Assembly: GCF_013004595.1 (NCBI RefSeq)
Contig: NZ_JABEMC010000013.1
Span: forward strand, 1-46,988
From: Brevibacterium luteolum
GTDB lineage: Bacteria; Actinomycetota; Actinomycetes; Actinomycetales; Brevibacteriaceae
Direction: 5' to 3'
DNA length: 46,988 nucleotides
Shown here: positions 8,754 through 18,800 of the stretch, piece by piece
Position numbering within the stretch: the stretch's first letter is position 1
How the letters are laid out: each line of letters opens with the position of its first letter
Notes under the pieces: generated by a model
Databases searched by the model: none
What the model was told of the DNA's origin: nothing
The model's input: only the letters and a program-made list of their open reading frames with translations
Program-made: the position numbers and the translations under genes

Positions 8754-9884
8754 ATGACACGAACTGACGACGGCGTTGCCACGACGCGTTCACCCGAGGT
8801 AGCAGTGATCGGGGGCGGGATCGTCGGTCTGTCGACAGCGTACGCGCTGCGGGAGCAGGGCGTGCCGGTGCGCTTGTACGAGGCGGGTCTGCCCGGGACA
8901 GGTCAGTCCGCAGGCGAATCGCGGATCTTCCGGCATGCCCACGACGACCCGCGACTCGTCGCATTCGCGCGCGAAAGCCGCGGCGTATGGGATGAGTGGG
9001 CCGAACACTTCGGCGTTGAGCTGGTCTCATCAGACGGTGTCGTCGCGATCGGCGACAGCGCCCTGGCGCGGCTGCGGGTGCTCGACCAGGTCGGCGGCGT
9101 GGAAGCGCACGAGATCGACGCGGCCGACGTCGCCCAGCGGATGCCGCTGCTCGCTGGGTACTCGGGGCCAGCAGTGCTCGACGAGTCGGGCGGCGCGATC
9201 CGCACCCGCGCGGCGATCACGGCACTCACAGGTGCCCTGGCAGATGCGGTCACTACCGGTGAGGTCATCTCCATCGATCCCCGCGCCGACGGGACGGTCG
9301 AGGTGCGCAGCGTCACCGACCGGGCTGTCTACTCCAAGGTGGTCGTGTGCGCCGGCCGCGAAACCGCCCGCCTGGCACGCAGCGTCGGCCTGTCGCTGCC
9401 GGTTCGCCTTGCCGCACACGTTCGGCTGACCTTCGACGTGAAAGCCGCCGCCCCGGCACGAGTCGCGTGCCTGCAGGACAGCAGCGGCGTCTTCGGCGAA
9501 GTCGGCGTCTACGCGACGCCGCTACCGGGCAACAGCAGCTATTCGGTCGGACTCAGCGACACCGTCGGCGTCCGCGACGACGGAACGTTCATCGACCCGG
9601 CGGCGATTCGATCGCTGGACGAACGCGCACGCGATTACGTGACACGGGCGCTGCCCGGTCTCCGCCCAGAGCCGCGCGACTTCGTCCACTGCTGGGTGAC
9701 CGACCTCCCGTGGAGTGAGGACGGCGTGGCCGTGTGGGAGGCAGGCTCGGTCTTCTTCGTGGCCGGTCACAATCTATTCAAGCAGGCACCATCGCTGGGT
9801 CGCGCCCTCGCCCGGGCTGCGACCGGCGGCGGTCTCCGCGCCGAGCTCAGGCCCGAAGCGCGCCTCGGCGAGGCTCAGGCCTAG
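8754..9884 (+). CDS. FAD-dependent oxidoreductase, sarcosine-oxidase-like
   Basis: VAVIGGGIVG FAD motif, GQSAGESRIFRHAH (MSOX-like SxGxSRI) and GHNLFKQAP. Confidence 0.85.
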   Translation: MTRTDDGVATTRSPEVAVIGGGIVGLSTAYALREQGVPVRLYEAGLPGTGQSAGESRIFRHAHDDPRLVAFARESRGVWDEWAEHFGVELVSSDGVVAIGDSALARLRVLDQVGGVEAHEIDAADVAQRMPLLAGYSGPAVLDESGGAIRTRAAITALTGALADAVTTGEVISIDPRADGTVEVRSVTDRAVYSKVVVCAGRETARLARSVGLSLPVRLAAHVRLTFDVKAAAPARVACLQDSSGVFGEVGVYATPLPGNSSYSVGLSDTVGVRDDGTFIDPAAIRSLDERARDYVTRALPGLRPEPRDFVHCWVTDLPWSEDGVAVWEAGSVFFVAGHNLFKQAPSLGRALARAATGGGLRAELRPEARLGEAQA

Positions 9885-9984
9885 CTGACGGTGGTCAACG
9901 GTTGCGGCCCTGCGCCAGCTGGGGTGAATTATATGATCTTTCAACGTGAACGGACCGACCACGCCCGGTTCGAATCCTGAACGC

Positions 9985-10320
9985 TGAACCACGCCGGGGA
10001 TGTTCAGAAGACGAGCCTCCAGCGGGACCATGGGGTCAAGTCCCCGGACGTGGTGCAACGGACCATCCTTCGGTGTGGGGTTAGAAGGGCTGCGCGCCGT
10101 CGGTGGGCTGGGTGTCGTGGCTGTTGGGCCTCCAATCGCTGTCGGGGTCGAAGAAGTCCTCGGGGAAGGGTTCGGGCTGGCCCGCTGCGGTCAGCCCTTC
10201 CTGGCGCCCGAGGCCATCCGCGTGGCCCGCGCCTGGAGCTCAACGCTGTACTTCCTCGGTGCTGCCATGCTCCTCATCCGCCCGTGGGATCAGAGCCTCC
10301 ACCAGACCCGGGGCGAATCA
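9985..10320 (-). mobile_element. Cluster of IS scars: IS3 left end with truncated orfA, plus other degenerate ends
   Basis: The minus-strand IR TGATTCGCCCCGGGTCTGGTGGAGGCTC starts at 10320. 10268..10191 reads MAAPRKYSVELQARATRMASGARKG*, an IS3 OrfA start. An IS256-like end ggggtcaagtccccggacgtggtg lies at ~10032 and an IS3-like end at 9985. Confidence 0.7.
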
Positions 10321-10392
10321 GGATGAACGACACAGAAGCCGTCCCAGGCAAAGCGGCGCCCGGACGAAAGCGGCATCACCTTTGAGTGATAC

Positions 10393-10410
10393 CATCGTTC
10401 TATGGCGATG
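10393..10410. promoter_or_regulatory. Putative ArsR operator
   Basis: The palindrome CATCG-ttctatgg-CGATG overlaps the ArsR start. Confidence 0.5.
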
Positions 10411-10779
10411 AAAGCTGACGTGATATCAATCGACGAAGCGGCCACGACCGCGTACGCCCATCTATTCCAGGCGCTGGCCGAACCGACCCGCCTGGCGATC
10501 GTCCAGCACCTGGCCTCCGGCCCGCACCGGGTGCGCGACCTGGTGGCGCACATGGGCCTGGCGCAGTCGACGGTGAGCAAGCACATCGCCTTCCTGCACG
10601 AATGCCGGCTGCTCACCGCCCGGCCCGAAGGCCGCGCCACCTGGTACGCACTGGCCGAACCCGAGCTGCTGCGCGGGCTCATCACCGCAGCCGAACGCGT
10701 ACTGACTGCGACCGGCGCCCACGCGGTGCTCTGTCAGCACCTGCACGCAACCGAACCGCACCAGCCGGCCGCCGGCTGA
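10402..10779 (+). CDS. ArsR/SmtB (CmtR-like) metal-sensing regulator
   Basis: LFQALAEPTRLAIV...LAQSTVSKH HTH, with C-terminal Cys/His residues. Confidence 0.9.
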   Translation: MAMKADVISIDEAATTAYAHLFQALAEPTRLAIVQHLASGPHRVRDLVAHMGLAQSTVSKHIAFLHECRLLTARPEGRATWYALAEPELLRGLITAAERVLTATGAHAVLCQHLHATEPHQPAAG

Positions 10780-10817
10780 ACCGAGCGCCAGCCACAGCAC
10801 CAAGGGAGGAGGAGACC

Positions 10818-11765
10818 ATGGGAGCACACCACAACCACAGCCACGCACCCAGCGCCGCCGAAGCCTCACACGCTCCGGGCATGCGCCGCCGACTGCTCAT
10901 CGCCTTCAGCTTCGTCGCCTCCATCGTCGTCGTCCAGCTCATCGGCGCCTGGCTGTCGGGCAGCCTTGCCCTGCTCGTCGACCTCGTCCACTCCTTCGTC
11001 GACTCCTCCGGTCTGCTCATCGCCGTCGTCGCCGTCACCCTCATCGCCCGCCCGCCGTCGAATGAGCGCACCTGGGGTTACCGGCGGCTTGAGAGCCTCG
11101 CGGCACTCGCCCAGGGCCTGCTGCTGGTCGGTGTGAGCATCTACGCAATCATCGACGGCATCCGCCGCTGGGCCGCCCCGCCCGAGGTCGCCGCCGGTCC
11201 GCTGCTCATCGTCGCCGCACTCAGCCTGGTCCTCAATGTCGCAGCGATGCTCGCCCTGGCAGCCGGGCGGAAGGCGAGCCTGAACATGCGGGCCGCGTTC
11301 CTCGAAGTCCTCGTCGACGCCCTCGGCACGCTGGCGGTCATGGTCTCGGCGATCCTCATCCTCACCACGGGCTACACCCGCGCCGACACGCTGGCCGCCT
11401 TCCTCATCGCCGCCCTCATCATCCCGCGCGCGGTCATCCTGCTGCGCGATGCCGTCCGGATCCTCATGGACTTCACCCCGGCAGGCCTCGACCTCGATGA
11501 GGTCCGCCGCCACATGCTCGCCGTCGATCACGTCATCGACGTCCACGACCTGCACGCCTCGACCGTCGCCTCCGGGCTGCCGACACTCAGCGCCCATGTC
11601 GTGCTCGACGACTCCTGCTTCAGCGACGGCCACGCGATCGAGATCCTCGACGGGCTGCGCCGCTGCATCGCTGAGGACTTCGAGGTCTCGATCGAGCACA
11701 CGACGTTCCAGCTCGAAACCGAGGACATCCGCCGGCGTGAGAGCCACGACACAGTCCATCCGTAA
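10818..11765 (+). CDS. czcD: Cation diffusion facilitator (CzcD-like)
   Basis: His-rich N-terminus, SLALLVDLVHSFVD, TWGYRRLE, VHDLH, EHTTFQLE and a GGAGG SD. Confidence 0.9.
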   Translation: MGAHHNHSHAPSAAEASHAPGMRRRLLIAFSFVASIVVVQLIGAWLSGSLALLVDLVHSFVDSSGLLIAVVAVTLIARPPSNERTWGYRRLESLAALAQGLLLVGVSIYAIIDGIRRWAAPPEVAAGPLLIVAALSLVLNVAAMLALAAGRKASLNMRAAFLEVLVDALGTLAVMVSAILILTTGYTRADTLAAFLIAALIIPRAVILLRDAVRILMDFTPAGLDLDEVRRHMLAVDHVIDVHDLHASTVASGLPTLSAHVVLDDSCFSDGHAIEILDGLRRCIAEDFEVSIEHTTFQLETEDIRRRESHDTVHP

Positions 11766-12026
11766 CGAGAAGGCCCCGCGCAGCATCACAATTCGGTAAC
11801 GTCGGCCGAGCGGAGAAGTTGCGCACGCCACACTCAGTCCTCCTGCCAGCGGCGGGGCGTTGAGGGTATGTCTCAATCCCGTCATGTGCGGCACGAGACG
11901 ATAACACCGGCTGATTCGCAGAGTTCACTCAGCTAGCCTTGTCACTGAAGCGGCATGCGAAACGCCGCACCAGGCCCACTGACTCCCATGCACAACTGCG
12001 AACCTGCCGAAGCCGAAAGAAGCACG

Positions 12027-12374
12027 ATGCTCAAAGAGCTCATCATCCGGTTCCTTCTCGTGGCCGCCCCCGCCTGCGCCGTCCTCTGGATGTTCGCCTT
12101 CACCTCTGGGGAGCTGCGCACGCCCGCCGGACTCACCGACCACCTGACGATGACCGCCACCCTGCTCGGCATCATGGCAGCACTCTTCGGCATCATCTTC
12201 CTCATCGCAGCCCTCATGAGCCGTCTCGCACCACGCCCGGTGCGCGTCGAATCCCAGCCCCTTGAAGCCCCGGCGACCCCCGCCCCGGCGACCCCCGCCC
12301 CGGCGCCGGCACCGGCGGCCTCGGAGACCGCCGCACCCGCCGAACCGCGGCTCATGTCCGGCGCCCAGCAGTAG
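12027..12374 (+). CDS. Small two-TM membrane protein with a Pro/Ala tail
   Basis: Two hydrophobic helices, PATPA repeats and host-like codon usage. Confidence 0.75.
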   Translation: MLKELIIRFLLVAAPACAVLWMFAFTSGELRTPAGLTDHLTMTATLLGIMAALFGIIFLIAALMSRLAPRPVRVESQPLEAPATPAPATPAPAPAPAASETAAPAEPRLMSGAQQ

Positions 12375-12442
12375 CCGACACGACCGCCGGCAGACGGCAC
12401 GCACCCCCCTCGCACCTGCGCATATGCGACACTGACATCAGC

Positions 12443-13243
12443 ATGAGCGAGGCGAGACAGACCACACAGACACGAGACACCGCGGTACCGCAGAGTCGCT
12501 ACCAGCGGTGGCAGCAGCTGACCGAATGGCCTATGGCCATCGCCGCCGTCATCTTCTTAGCCGCCTACGCCTACGTCGTGATCGGCAACCTGCGGCCCTC
12601 GGAGATCATGTGGCCCGAACGCGTCATGCTCGCCATGTGGGTCGTCTTCGCCATCGACTACATCGTCAGCTTCATCCTCGTCCGGCGCCGCTTCCTGTGG
12701 TTCTGGACGCACCTGCACGAACTCGCCCTCGTCATTTTCCCGTTCCTCAGGCCGCTGTACCTGCTGCGCCTCATCACCCTCATCGGGTTCATCCACCGCA
12801 CCGCCGGCGCCCGCCTGCGCGGCAAAGTCACCCTCTTCATCTGCACCGCCTCAGTCGTGCTCGTCTTCGTCGCAGCACTGGCCGTCCTCGACGCCGAGCA
12901 GAACTACCCGGGGGCGAACATCACAAGCTTCGTCGATGCGCTGTGGTGGGCGGTCGTGACGATCACGACGGTCGGCTACGGCGATCACTTCCCGATCACC
13001 GCACTCGGCCGGTTCATCGCCGTCGGGCTCATGATCTGCGGCATCGCCCTCATCGGCTCGGTGACCGCAACCCTGGCCTCGTGGATCGTCGACGTCGTCT
13101 CCGAAGACGAGGAGGCCGAGGCCCGGCACTTGAGCGAACAGACCGCCGAGCTGCACGAACGCCACCACGGCGCCCACGCAGGCGAGCTGGCCGATGAACC
13201 GGCCGGCGTGCTGCGCCCGCGTCGCGAACGCCTCGACTTATAA
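12443..13243 (+). CDS. Potassium channel family protein
   Basis: Selectivity filter TITTVGYGD, pore helix DALWWAVVT and S4-like LRPLYLLRL. Confidence 0.92.
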   Translation: MSEARQTTQTRDTAVPQSRYQRWQQLTEWPMAIAAVIFLAAYAYVVIGNLRPSEIMWPERVMLAMWVVFAIDYIVSFILVRRRFLWFWTHLHELALVIFPFLRPLYLLRLITLIGFIHRTAGARLRGKVTLFICTASVVLVFVAALAVLDAEQNYPGANITSFVDALWWAVVTITTVGYGDHFPITALGRFIAVGLMICGIALIGSVTATLASWIVDVVSEDEEAEARHLSEQTAELHERHHGAHAGELADEPAGVLRPRRERLDL

Positions 13244-13247
13244 GAGT

Positions 13248-13285
13248 TCGACCCGAGTGGCAGGGGAAACAGCCACTCGGGTCGA
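13248..13285. terminator. Hairpin between convergent genes
   Basis: 14-bp perfect stem tcgacccgagtggc/gccactcgggtcga. Confidence 0.75.
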
Positions 13286-13346
13286 TGGGGGAAGGATCTG
13301 TGGGGACGCGTCAGCTGCGCGTCGTGCCGGCCGGGTCCTCCGGCTG

Positions 13347-14651
13347 CTACGGGCGGACCGTGACCGGGCGGGTGGTCTCCTCCGGCGCCGAGGCGGTACC
13401 CGCCTCGCGTGGGCCGCTCGCCTGGGTGGCCGGGTCGGGCAGCTCGCCGCGGTCGCTGCGGCGCTCGGCCTTCTTCTCAGCCTTGTTCCTGCGGCGTTCG
13501 TGGGAGCGCTCCTTGCGCTCAGCACGCCGGCAGCCGATGAACGACAGTGCGAGGATGAGCGCGGAGATGAGCAGCACGATCGCTGCTGCGGCGATGCCGG
13601 CGTCAACCCAGAACTGGCCGGGGAAGAGGCGGATGAGGGCGTCGTCGACGTAGAACTCCCAGGTGCCGGCGTCGAAGAACATCGCGTGGAACTGGGTGAA
13701 GAACCGGTCCCAGCCCAGCATCGCCAGCGCCCCGAGGGCGAGGAAGGCGATGATCGTCAGCAGTGCGCCGAAGCGCAGCGCGTGGCGCAGGCCCGGCCCG
13801 TTGGCCCGTGACATGTACAGGCCGAAGAGCAGCATGCCGATCGCGCCGATGACGGCGATCAGGTAGAGCAGGGACACGAGGTCCTTGACGTCTTCCATAT
13901 GCGCGATCTCTTCGGGTTGGAAGAGCGGCACCCCGTTGGGCAGCACGACATCGGAGAGGTAGCGGCTGGAGTCGAAGTTGTTGAGATAGTCGACGACGTA
14001 GGAGCCGTAGTGCAGCCGGTCGTCGTTGGTGAAGCCGTAGGCATCGGCCGGGAAGCCGGGCCGCCAGAAGTATGCGAATTTCAGAAACAGGCCCGAGGCG
14101 ATGAGTCTGACGGCCAGGCCCGCGAGCACGAAGGGGGTGGCCAGCGCAATCCAGATTCCGCCGATGATGTCGAGGGCGTTCACGCGCGTTCTGGCCGGCT
14201 CGTCGAGATCGTCATGGGCGTCGTGGTGGCCGCGGGTGCGGATCTGGTGGGAAGGGGCCACGGCCGCGCCCGAGGTGGTGGCACCGGCGGCAGCGCCGGT
14301 GCCGGTGGCTGTGCTGGTGCCGGCGTCGATGGGGCGGTGTTCGGCGGTGGCGTGAGGGTCGGGGGTGCTCTGGGCGAAGGCGCGGTCGCGCAGCTCCCGG
14401 TTGCGGTCGGCGATCGGGTCGAACTCGGCAGTCTCCTCACTCAGCGGCGAACCGGACGACTCATCAGTGGCGGACGCATCAATCGAGAAGGTCTGCTCAT
14501 CTGCGACGTGCTCGCCGATGTGCGCCTCGCGGTCGTGGCGGCGGGAGCCGGAGGCACCGTCGCTCAACTCGGCCGATGAGTCCGGCTCGCTGCCGGAGCT
14601 CATCCGCCGCGAGAGCAGGTCGTCGGTGTTTGTCGAGTCGTCAATAGCCAC
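13347..14651 (-). CDS. TIGR01906/DUF1461 (Lit-like) membrane protein with a long acidic N-terminal extension
   Basis: EIAHMEDVK and FTQFHAMFF...W.F...DALIRLFP..FW motifs. The GTG start at 14651 is presumed; the ORF is open to 14702. Confidence 0.85.
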   Translation of the reverse strand: MAIDDSTNTDDLLSRRMSSGSEPDSSAELSDGASGSRRHDREAHIGEHVADEQTFSIDASATDESSGSPLSEETAEFDPIADRNRELRDRAFAQSTPDPHATAEHRPIDAGTSTATGTGAAAGATTSGAAVAPSHQIRTRGHHDAHDDLDEPARTRVNALDIIGGIWIALATPFVLAGLAVRLIASGLFLKFAYFWRPGFPADAYGFTNDDRLHYGSYVVDYLNNFDSSRYLSDVVLPNGVPLFQPEEIAHMEDVKDLVSLLYLIAVIGAIGMLLFGLYMSRANGPGLRHALRFGALLTIIAFLALGALAMLGWDRFFTQFHAMFFDAGTWEFYVDDALIRLFPGQFWVDAGIAAAAIVLLISALILALSFIGCRRAERKERSHERRRNKAEKKAERRSDRGELPDPATQASGPREAGTASAPEETTRPVTVRP

Positions 14652-14817
14652 TCTCCCATTGTTCGCCGGATGACCGCTGCGCCAGTGGAGCGACACGCAC
14701 AAACCGGCAAGTCAGGCCGGGCTCGCGAAGTCTGCCGGCCCACGGCCAGCCATGGGGCTCAGCTCCTGGCCCTGGGATTCAGCTCCCGGCCTCGGGTCTC
14801 AGATCCGGGAGCCGGGC

Positions 14818-15744
14818 TCAGACTCCGAACAGCAGCGCTGCAACCACCACGGCAGGAACCGAGAGGATCGTGGTGATGAACACGGCGTCACGGGCCAGCT
14901 GAGCCGAGGCCTTGTACTCCATGGCGTAGATGTAGACGTTCTGCGCCGTCGGCAGGGTCGAGGTCACGACGATGCCCATGAGCATGAGACCGTCATAGCC
15001 GAGCAGCACCCCGCCGATGAGCCAGGCGATCAGCGGCTGGATGACGAGTTTGGTGACCGTGATGAGGACAAGCTGGCGGCGCGAACCGGCCGGCGGGAGC
15101 TTCCAGCCGTCCTTGAGTGAGATGCCGAAGGCCAGCAGCATGCCCGGCACCGACATCGCCGCGAGCATGCTCACCGGCTCGTGCACCACCTCGGGCAGCC
15201 GCCACCCGGTCAGCGAGCCGGCCACGCCGAGGGCAGCGCCGATGACGATCGGGTTGCGCAGCACCATGAGCAGCGGACGCCACCACTGACTGTCGGCCTG
15301 TGCCCGGGTGGAGTCGAGCAGCACCATGATGATGGGGCTGAGCAGGATGAGCTGGAAGAGCAGCACCGGGGCGACGAAGCTCAGGTCCTTCAGCACATAG
15401 GTGGCGATCGGGATGCCGAGATTGCCGATGTTGACATAGCCCGAGGCCATGGCGCTGATCGTCGCCTCACCCAAGCTGCGCCGCCGGGACCACAGCGTGA
15501 AGGCGAAGATCCCGGTGAACACGAGCACCGCCGAGCCGCCGGTGGCCAGCAGGGCAGGCGAGAAGATCGCATCGATGTCCGTCGAGGAGATCGTGACATA
15601 GAGCAGCGCGGGGGTGGCGACGTAGAAGACGACACGGGCGAGCACCTGCTGGCCGGTCGGGCCGAGCACCCCAGAACGGCCGAGCATGAGGCCGGCGAAG
15701 ATGACAACGGCGATGACGCCGAAGCCTTCGAGCACATCGAGCAC
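14818..15744 (-). CDS. AEC (auxin efflux carrier) family transporter
   Basis: VFYVATPALL, NIGNLGIPI, RNPIVI, KLVIQP and LPTAQN motifs. Confidence 0.9.
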   Translation of the reverse strand: MLDVLEGFGVIAVVIFAGLMLGRSGVLGPTGQQVLARVVFYVATPALLYVTISSTDIDAIFSPALLATGGSAVLVFTGIFAFTLWSRRRSLGEATISAMASGYVNIGNLGIPIATYVLKDLSFVAPVLLFQLILLSPIIMVLLDSTRAQADSQWWRPLLMVLRNPIVIGAALGVAGSLTGWRLPEVVHEPVSMLAAMSVPGMLLAFGISLKDGWKLPPAGSRRQLVLITVTKLVIQPLIAWLIGGVLLGYDGLMLMGIVVTSTLPTAQNVYIYAMEYKASAQLARDAVFITTILSVPAVVVAALLFGV

Positions 15745-15870
15745 GGTGCGGCCATCTCCTTTACGTCTTCGCAGCGGTGACCGGGAATCCCGGCGGTGCC
15801 CACTTTAGACCTGAGGCTGAGCTGGTGGGCCGCCGGTGTCGCGAAGCGGACGGGTTAACCTGGTGGGGTT

Positions 15871-18800
15871 ATGTCTGATTCCCGGCCCGGCCGCCGGCGC
15901 CGCGGCGCGCGCTCGCGCAGCGACCGCCCGCATCGCCCCTCCAAACGACAGCACGCCGAACGCGCTGCTGCCCGCCAGGCTGCCCGCGCCGGTCTCGACA
16001 TCGCCATCACCTATCCGGCCGAACTGCCCGTCAGCGAACACCGCGACGAGATCGCCGAGGCGATCCGTGAGAATCAGGTTGTCATCATCGCCGGTGAGAC
16101 CGGCTCGGGAAAGACCACCCAGATACCGAAGATCTGCCTCGAACTCGGGTACGGCATCACCGGGCTCATCGGCCACACCCAGCCCCGCCGCATCGCCGCT
16201 CGCGCAGTCGCCTCCCGCCTGGCCGACGAACTCGACCAGGAACTCGGCACCGGCATCGGCTACCAGGTCCGGTTCACCTCCCAGGTCGCCGACGCCACCC
16301 GCGTCAAAGTCATGACCGATGGCATCCTGCTCGCCGAACTCCAGCACGATCGGCAACTGCGCGACTACGAAGTCATCATCATCGACGAGGCCCACGAACG
16401 CAGCCTCAACATCGACTTCCTGCTCGGCTCGCTCGCCCGGCTGCTGCCGACCCGCCCGGATCTCAAGGTCATCATCACCTCGGCGACGATCGACCCGGAA
16501 TCCTTCGCCGAGCACTTCGCCTCGCCGGACGGCCCGGCACCGATCATCAGCGTCTCCGGACGCACCTACCCCGTCGAGGTCCGCTACCGGCCGCTGGCCG
16601 ATGACACCGCCAGCGACGACGATCCCGACGGGCCCGGCGCCGACGGCGACTACGAAGCAGGTGCTGCCGACCAGACGGAGGGGATCCTCACCGCCGTCGA
16701 CGAACTCGCCCGCGAAGCCCCCGGCGACATCCTCGTCTTCCTCTCCGGCGAACGCGAGATCCGCGACACCGCAGACGCACTCGGCGCCCACCTGCAGAAG
16801 AAGGGTCCGAGGTTCGCTCAGTGGGAGGTCATCCCGCTGTTCGCCCGGCTGTCGTCTGCCGAACAGCAGCGGGTGTTCGCACCCCATGACCGGCCGCGGA
16901 TCGTGCTGGCCACCAATGTCGCCGAGACCTCGCTGACGGTGCCCGGCATCAAATACGTCATCGACGCCGGCACTGCCCGCATCTCGCGGTATTCCAACCG
17001 CACGAAGGTCCAGCGGCTGCCGATCGAACGCGTCTCCCAGGCCTCAGCCAACCAGCGCATGGGCCGCTGCGGGCGCACGAGCGACGGCATCTGCATCCGC
17101 CTGTACTCCGAAGACGATTTCGAGGCCCGCCCCGAGTTCACCGACCCGGAGATCCTGCGCACCAACCTCGCCAGCGTCATCCTGCAGATGATCTCGCTGG
17201 GCTTCGCGTACACCGAAGCCGATATCACCTCATTCCCCTTCCTCACCCCACCCGAGTCGAAGGCCGTGCGCGACGGCCGCGTGCTGCTCGGCGAACTCGG
17301 GGCGACGCGCACCGATGAGACCGGGCGGATCCGGCTGACGAAGATCGGCCGGCTGCTCGCCAAACTGCCGATCGACCCGAGGCTTGCCCGCATGGTGCTC
17401 GCCGGCGCCGAGGCCGGGTGCGGCGGCGAAGTCGCCGTCATCGTCGCGGGCCTGTCCATCCAGGACCCGCGCGAACGCCCGGCTGAGGTGCGCGCCCAAG
17501 CCGATGAGCTCCACGCCCGCTTCACCGACCCGCACAGCGACTTCCTCACCCTGCTCAACCTGTGGAACCACCTGGCCGACAACGCCGCCGCCCTGTCGTC
17601 ATCGAAGTTCCGCAAACTGTGCAAGGCCGAGTTCATCAACTTCGTGCGCGTGCGCGAATGGCAGGACCTCGTCACCCAGCTGCGCCACCTCCTCGGGGGT
17701 GTGGGCGTCAAGATCGACCGCTCCCGCTGGCGGCCCGGCAGTGGCGATGACACCAACACGCGTGCTGGCGGCCGGTCCCGAGGCGGCGGCCGCGACGGCA
17801 GGAAGGGCGCGCCGAGTGCCCCGGAGGGGATGGATCCGCATGCCGTGGCCATCCACCGGGCGCTGCTGACCGGCCTGCTGTCGATGATCGGGGCCCGGGC
17901 ACCGGAACCCAAGCCCCGGCCCGGTGAGCGCCGGCCCAAGCGCCGCGGCTACGACTACCAGGGCGCACGCGGCACGAAGTTCCAGATCTTCCCCGGTTCC
18001 GGGCTGTTCAAGTCCGCGCCCGAGGTCGTCGTCGCCGCCGAACTGGTTGAAACCTCCCGGCTGTGGGCCCGGACGGTCGCCGCTGTCGAACCGGAGTGGA
18101 TCGTCGAGGCCGCAGGCGAGCTCGTCACCCGCCAGCACTCCGAACCGCACTGGTCGAAGAAGGGCGGGCAGGCGATGGCCTATGAGCGGATCTCGCTCTA
18201 CGGCGTCACCCTCATCTCCGATCAGCGCATCGGCTACGGGCGCATCGACCCGGAAGCCGCCCGCGACATGTTCATCCGGCGCGCCCTCATCGACGGGGAG
18301 TGGAATGACCGCCACCCGTTCCTGGGCCGCAACGCCCAGGCCATCGACGAGGCCGAGCGACTCGCCTCCCGGATGCGCGACCACCGCCTGCTGGCCGAAG
18401 ACGATGTGCTCTTCGACTTCTACGACAACCGGCTGCCAACCACCATCATCTCCGGAGCTCACTTCAACTCCTGGTGGAAGAAGAAGCGCCGCAGCGAACC
18501 CGAGTTCCTCGACATCGACCCCGAGGCGCTGCTCGCCGACGATTCGGCCGATATGTCCGCCAGGGCCGCCAGCGACTTCCCGCTCACCTGGGCGCTGCCG
18601 GACGGTTCGGAGGCGAAGCTGCACTACGCCTACGCTCCTGGTCAGGCGACCGACGGCGTGACCGTCGAACTTCCCGCCGCTGCGCTCGCCGACGTCGACA
18701 CCGACGTGTTCACCTGGCAGGTGCCGGGCCTGCGGCATGAGCTCGTCACCGCGCTCATCCGCTCCCTGCCGAAGGCCAAGCGCCGCTACTTCGTGCCCGC

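Noticed and set aside
9964..9980. tRNA T-arm-like cccggttcgaatcc
   Set aside because: No acceptor, D or anticodon arms can be folded around it, so it is not called as a tRNA.
11766..12026. Long intergenic region as a possible riboswitch
   Set aside because: I recognise no aptamer consensus; an Rfam search would be needed.
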